The notes beneath the pieces are model-generated. The model was not told where the DNA came from. It saw nothing but the letters and a program-made list of their open reading frames with translations, and searched no databases. Both the position numbers and the translations under genes were made by a program. From Spirochaetaceae bacterium (GTDB lineage: Bacteria > Spirochaetota > Spirochaetia > DSM-2461), in the NCBI GenBank assembly GCA_051531975.1, contig JAOPTT010000007.1, forward strand, positions 120,985 through 184,984: a stretch of DNA of 64,000 nt, read 5' to 3'. Shown here piece by piece: positions 59,963-64,000 of the stretch (the first letter of the stretch is position 1; every line of letters starts with the position of its first letter).

Positions 59963-61573
59963 ATGAAAATTATAAATAAAGTTAAAAAAGTATATGAAGA
60001 TAAAGGTAGAGTTGTTCAAGAGAAAGCAACAACCTTATTTAAAATAAATGCAGTTTTATCAATAGCTTTTATATTGTTTGCGGGTGTTAGATTTGCTGGG
60101 GCTGATATTGTTGTTGCTAGTGTAGAGTTATTAGTTTCAGCTATTCTTGGGATTAATGCCTATATTATTACTAAGGGTAAATATATGGCCAGTAGTCGTA
60201 TTAGTACTGTTTTTTTTACATTAACTGCGTTTGCTGTATATCTAATTCAGGATAAAACAGAAGTTAACGATCTATATATTTATTCTACGTACATTTTAAC
60301 AGTTATATTAATGGCACCTTTTTTATGTTATAGTAAAACACAAATACGTGGGATGATAATAGCTGCATTAGCTGGTTCTGTAGCTGCTTATATCATGTTA
60401 CTACCAATATTAAAAGCTGGAGGGAAACCTGCAGGTCTAGTCCCATTTATTATTTCTACTCTATTTTTAGGCTTAGGTTGTCTGTTTTCATATCTTATTT
60501 TTAAAATGCAACAGTCTAATGTAGCAATTATAGAGAGACAAAACGCTAAAAGTGAAGCTAACCTCAAGACTATAACAGAACTTTTTGACTCCACAAAAGA
60601 TGCATTTAGTATGGGTGAAATCCTACTACAAGCAGCGGATCATTCTTCTAATAATAGTACGGATATGGCTAAAGATATTGCACTATTAGAAGATGTAATA
60701 CAAATTTTAAAAAGTCATACAGAAGATGGCCAAGATTCTAATATGCAGATTAATAATTCTAAACAGATTGTAATGGAAAAAATTGAGACTCAGACTAAGG
60801 CTATTGAAGCATCATTTAGTGCTACTAAAGAGATCACAGCTCAAATCGATGTAATGACTCGGGATGCACAATTAAAGGGAGAAGTTTTAACTAAACTATC
60901 TGATTCCTCTAGTATGGGTACTAAAAAATTAGGTGAAACTTTAACTTCTTTAAAAGCGCTATCTCAATCCACTGAAGAGATATTATCTGTAGTAAATGTT
61001 ATACAGGGTATATCTAGTAGAACTAACTTATTAGCAATGAATGCAGCTATTGAAGCCGCACATGCCGGTGAAGCAGGAAAAGGCTTTGCAGTTGTTGCTG
61101 ACGAAATTAGAAAACTTGCAGAGGAAACGAGTAAGAATTCTAAATTTATTAAAGAGAGTATGAAAGAGAATACTCATCAGTTTAAGGCATCAAATGATAC
61201 AGCAGTAGAGCTTCAGAAAGTTTTTAATATTATAACTCAACAGATAGATGTTGTTTATAACTCCTTTATAGAGATTATTTCTGGAATGGGTACAATGTCA
61301 CAGGAGACAAATAGAATATTTGCAACAGTTGATAATGTTCAAAGTGGAAACTCCCATGTAAGAAATGCACTAGACGATATGGGCATAGAGATAGAGAAGA
61401 TTGTCACTGTTATCCAGGGAATATCTGGGTCTGCGGATGAAGCTGGAAATAGTGTTGTACATTTAAAAACTCTAGGGGCTGAAATTGTTGACGGTTCTGT
61501 TAAAATCAAGAGTATAGGTAAAGAAAATCTTAATAATTTCCATATCTTAGAAAAAGGATTTCAAAACATCTAG
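59963..61573 (+). CDS. Methyl-accepting chemotaxis protein with multi-TM sensor
   Basis: About six N-terminal TM segments; [33 protein letters not shown]; promoter TTGACC(59915)-N17-TATTAT and AGGAG before ATG 59963. Confidence 0.92.
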   Translation: MKIINKVKKVYEDKGRVVQEKATTLFKINAVLSIAFILFAGVRFAGADIVVASVELLVSAILGINAYIITKGKYMASSRISTVFFTLTAFAVYLIQDKTEVNDLYIYSTYILTVILMAPFLCYSKTQIRGMIIAALAGSVAAYIMLLPILKAGGKPAGLVPFIISTLFLGLGCLFSYLIFKMQQSNVAIIERQNAKSEANLKTITELFDSTKDAFSMGEILLQAADHSSNNSTDMAKDIALLEDVIQILKSHTEDGQDSNMQINNSKQIVMEKIETQTKAIEASFSATKEITAQIDVMTRDAQLKGEVLTKLSDSSSMGTKKLGETLTSLKALSQSTEEILSVVNVIQGISSRTNLLAMNAAIEAAHAGEAGKGFAVVADEIRKLAEETSKNSKFIKESMKENTHQFKASNDTAVELQKVFNIITQQIDVVYNSFIEIISGMGTMSQETNRIFATVDNVQSGNSHVRNALDDMGIEIEKIVTVIQGISGSADEAGNSVVHLKTLGAEIVDGSVKIKSIGKENLNNFHILEKGFQNI

Positions 61574-61593
61574 GAATAAAATATAATTATGGT

Positions 61594-62415
61594 ATGAAGT
61601 ATCTAATTCTCTTTGTATTTCTATTTATAAGTATATCTCTTTATTCTGAAGTTTCGATGATTTCAGGTTTTTTGAATGATAACTATACAGGTTCTACTGA
61701 AAATGGCATCAATGGAGACTATATTGGTGCCGACGACTTTTTAACGTTTTCACTCTTTGCGAATACTAAAAAGGATAATTTTGGCATATCCCAATACTTT
61801 CATGTAATAACATCAAGAAAATTTAATTATAGGTACGACCTTCTACTTACATCAGTTTATTATGATTTAGATGTCCGACCATTTAATGTTACTCCTACAT
61901 TTTCTCTGCTATACAAAGGTGAGTTTGGTGGTGAGGATATACAAAACGGTATTCATGATTTTAGAGGGATCCCAGCATTAGAGCAGGAATATGAAGATGA
62001 AGAACTAAGTCCTGTATTTGGATTTGATGCATTTTATGAATACAGCATTTTTAGAGGTCGACTAAATGTAGATGCTCCACTTTCTATTAAACCAATTTCA
62101 ACTAGATTAACTTTAGAATATATTCTGGACTTAAAGTACGTCTCTTTTGATTTTGCCAGTGGTTATAAACATTATTTTACTGATGTTGATGGATATTCAG
62201 ATTTTGTTAGATCTGGAATGATTTTTGGTGGGCAATCAATTTTTCAAATATATAAAGGTTTTACTTTAAATGCTGGGTGCTTTTTCTTTCCTGTAAAAAA
62301 TCTTGATAGTGACCCAGTATATCTTGATCGTGATTTTTTATATTCCCCACAATTTTGGGTTACAATTGGTTTAAATGGAGACATCTTTAGAATTATGGAT
62401 ATTGTGAGGTTTTAG
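61594..62415 (+). CDS. Putative outer-membrane protein, weakly LpxR/DUF2219-like
   Basis: Signal peptide, ND...DDFLT and GGEDIQNGIH motifs, aromatic-rich beta strands, terminal Phe. Confidence 0.5.
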   Translation: MKYLILFVFLFISISLYSEVSMISGFLNDNYTGSTENGINGDYIGADDFLTFSLFANTKKDNFGISQYFHVITSRKFNYRYDLLLTSVYYDLDVRPFNVTPTFSLLYKGEFGGEDIQNGIHDFRGIPALEQEYEDEELSPVFGFDAFYEYSIFRGRLNVDAPLSIKPISTRLTLEYILDLKYVSFDFASGYKHYFTDVDGYSDFVRSGMIFGGQSIFQIYKGFTLNAGCFFFPVKNLDSDPVYLDRDFLYSPQFWVTIGLNGDIFRIMDIVRF

Positions 62416-63473
62416 TGAAAAGTTATTATGTTGTAGGTTGTTACACCCATTTTGTTCCCCATGCAGCTTTGGCTAATGGAAGTGGAATATCTGTTATTCA
62501 ACTTGATGAGGATCTAGGCGCTATAAAAATTATTAGTTGTGTTCAGGATGTTAAAAACCCATCTTATTTATGTTATAGAAGTGATATAAATACAGTGTTA
62601 TCTGTGTCCGAAGACGAAGAAAACGGTGGTGGTGAAGTATTAAGCTTTTCTCTAGATAAGAACTACTCTTTAGATCTATTAAGTAGATCTACCAATGGTG
62701 ACAATTCTAGTTGTCATTTAATTAGTTATAAAGATAGAGTATTTACAGCATCCTATGTAAACGGATCTATTGCAGATTATAAATTAGAAAATAAAAAAGC
62801 TAGGCTTATCTCAAATTATAAATACAGTGGAACAGGACCTAATTTATCCAGGCAAGAGGCACCTCATGCACATCAAGTTGTTCTTACTCCAGATAAAAAC
62901 CTATATGTTGTCGATCTAGGAACTGATTCTATATGGAAACATCATATACAAGATGGTCTGAATTCTTGCACTTTAGCTTTAAAAGTACCGACTGGTTATG
63001 GTCCCAGGCATATGGCATTAGACAAAGATAATAAACATCTATATATTTTATGCGAATTAATACCAAGAATCTTAGTAGTGAAAATTGAAGATGATGGTCA
63101 GCTTACTATAATTCAAGATATTCCATCAATTGAACCAGATAAAGAGACTATTTCTGCTCCTGCAGCAATAAAAATACACCCATCTGGGAATTCTTTAGCA
63201 GCATCAAATAGATTTGATGATACTATTGGTGTTTTTTCTATAACTAGAAATGACCAGGATGTTACAATAACATTGAACTCCATAATTAGTTCTGGAGGTA
63301 AGACACCAAGAGATATAGAATTTTCTTCGTCTGGAAAGTGGTTATTAATTGCAAATCAAGATTCATCAAATATCCAACTTAAAGAATTTGATAAAGAGAG
63401 AGGATTACCACTAGCTAAAAGTATCAGTGGAATAGCAATTGGTACTCCAGTCTGTATTGTAAATTTAAATTAG
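62415..63473 (+). CDS. Lactonase family (6-phosphogluconolactonase/cycloisomerase beta-propeller)
   Basis: NPSYL, SCHL, RQEAPHAH, VVDLGTD, GPRH, SNR, TPRD, ANQDS. Confidence 0.92.
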   Translation: MKSYYVVGCYTHFVPHAALANGSGISVIQLDEDLGAIKIISCVQDVKNPSYLCYRSDINTVLSVSEDEENGGGEVLSFSLDKNYSLDLLSRSTNGDNSSCHLISYKDRVFTASYVNGSIADYKLENKKARLISNYKYSGTGPNLSRQEAPHAHQVVLTPDKNLYVVDLGTDSIWKHHIQDGLNSCTLALKVPTGYGPRHMALDKDNKHLYILCELIPRILVVKIEDDGQLTIIQDIPSIEPDKETISAPAAIKIHPSGNSLAASNRFDDTIGVFSITRNDQDVTITLNSIISSGGKTPRDIEFSSSGKWLLIANQDSSNIQLKEFDKERGLPLAKSISGIAIGTPVCIVNLN

Positions 63474-63502
63474 CAATACCTATTATGGAATAGACAACAT
63501 AT

Positions 63503-64000
63503 TTAATTTCTCTTAAGCTCTTTTAATTTATTGAAGAATTCAATTCCAGATTGGTAATAATCGTTTTTATCTTCCCAAAACCTAGGAGGTGAAAACAGCT
63601 TCTCTAAAAAATAACATGCCGCTCCATGGGCCACTGCATCATCCCCATTTTCTGAAAAAGAAATTTGACAATCCACTTGGCTATTATAGTTCCAATTCCT
63701 CTGAATTTCATCTCGTAATATAGGTTTTAACATAAACTCGGCCTCAACAATATCACCTTCGAAGTAGATATGGCTTATGTTTAATGTATTCACTAATAAG
63801 GATAGGTTTCTTGAAAGCTCTCTAAGAACTTTACTTAATACTTTTTCATCCTCTTTTACTCTACTAACTTCTTTTTCCGTAAGGTTAAACTGTGAGGTAT
63901 TAGGGGCATCTTTATTTATACTCTGAAATTCTCCTGCAGAAAAGTTTTCTCCGTGTAAAATGCTATCTTTAATGACTAAACCAATTCCTATAGCTATTCC
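63503..64000 (-). CDS. ROK-family regulator, C-terminal part (5' end outside window)
   Basis: Frame open from 64000: GIAIGIGLVIKDSILHGENFSAGEF ... AVAHGAA. Confidence 0.85.
   Translation of the reverse strand, partial: GIAIGIGLVIKDSILHGENFSAGEFQSINKDAPNTSQFNLTEKEVSRVKEDEKVLSKVLRELSRNLSLLVNTLNISHIYFEGDIVEAEFMLKPILRDEIQRNWNYNSQVDCQISFSENGDDAVAHGAACYFLEKLFSPPRFWEDKNDYYQSGIEFFNKLKELKRN

Noticed and set aside
615..60594. Short ORFs overlapping the main genes (e.g. 615..938, 13509..13733, 21582..22016, 52176..52646, 57353..57982)
   Set aside because: They are antisense or alternate-frame shadows of well-supported genes, with no motifs or RBS.

Overview
AT-rich bacterial chromosomal window, most likely from a free-living anaerobic spirochaete. 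This is an inference from the FA(N/S)GxxE signal-peptide ends of the binding proteins and the style of the chemoreceptors. About 54 kb is one sugar-catabolism island. It holds a GntR-controlled kinase/dehydrogenase/GatZ/mutarotase/reductase operon, a xylose-isomerase-family gene, pfkB-mtlD, two CUT2 sugar ABC transporters and an L-rhamnose mutarotase. It also holds two UroD/MtaA-fold proteins, an atypical glycyl-radical enzyme with its activase, fucI/rhaB-like/class II aldolase genes, a YesMN-type system with araB, and nine AraC-domain regulators. After it come a TetR-MMPL-LolA-like-outer membrane barrel operon, a chemoreceptor, an LpxR-like protein, a lactonase and a truncated ROK gene. Main leads: a GRE with a non-canonical GCQW cysteine loop; three AraC regulators whose sensor is a signal-less homologue of the neighbouring ABC binding protein; a probable PTS-independent hexitol-phosphate pathway; a 165-nt collapsed relic of the rhaM-uroD genes; shared acidic di-Phe tracts in the MMPL system; several 21-bp-period operator arrays; and apparently leaderless regulator genes. 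I recognised no rRNA, tRNA, CRISPR array or intact mobile element. All functional calls come from reading motifs by eye, with no database searches.
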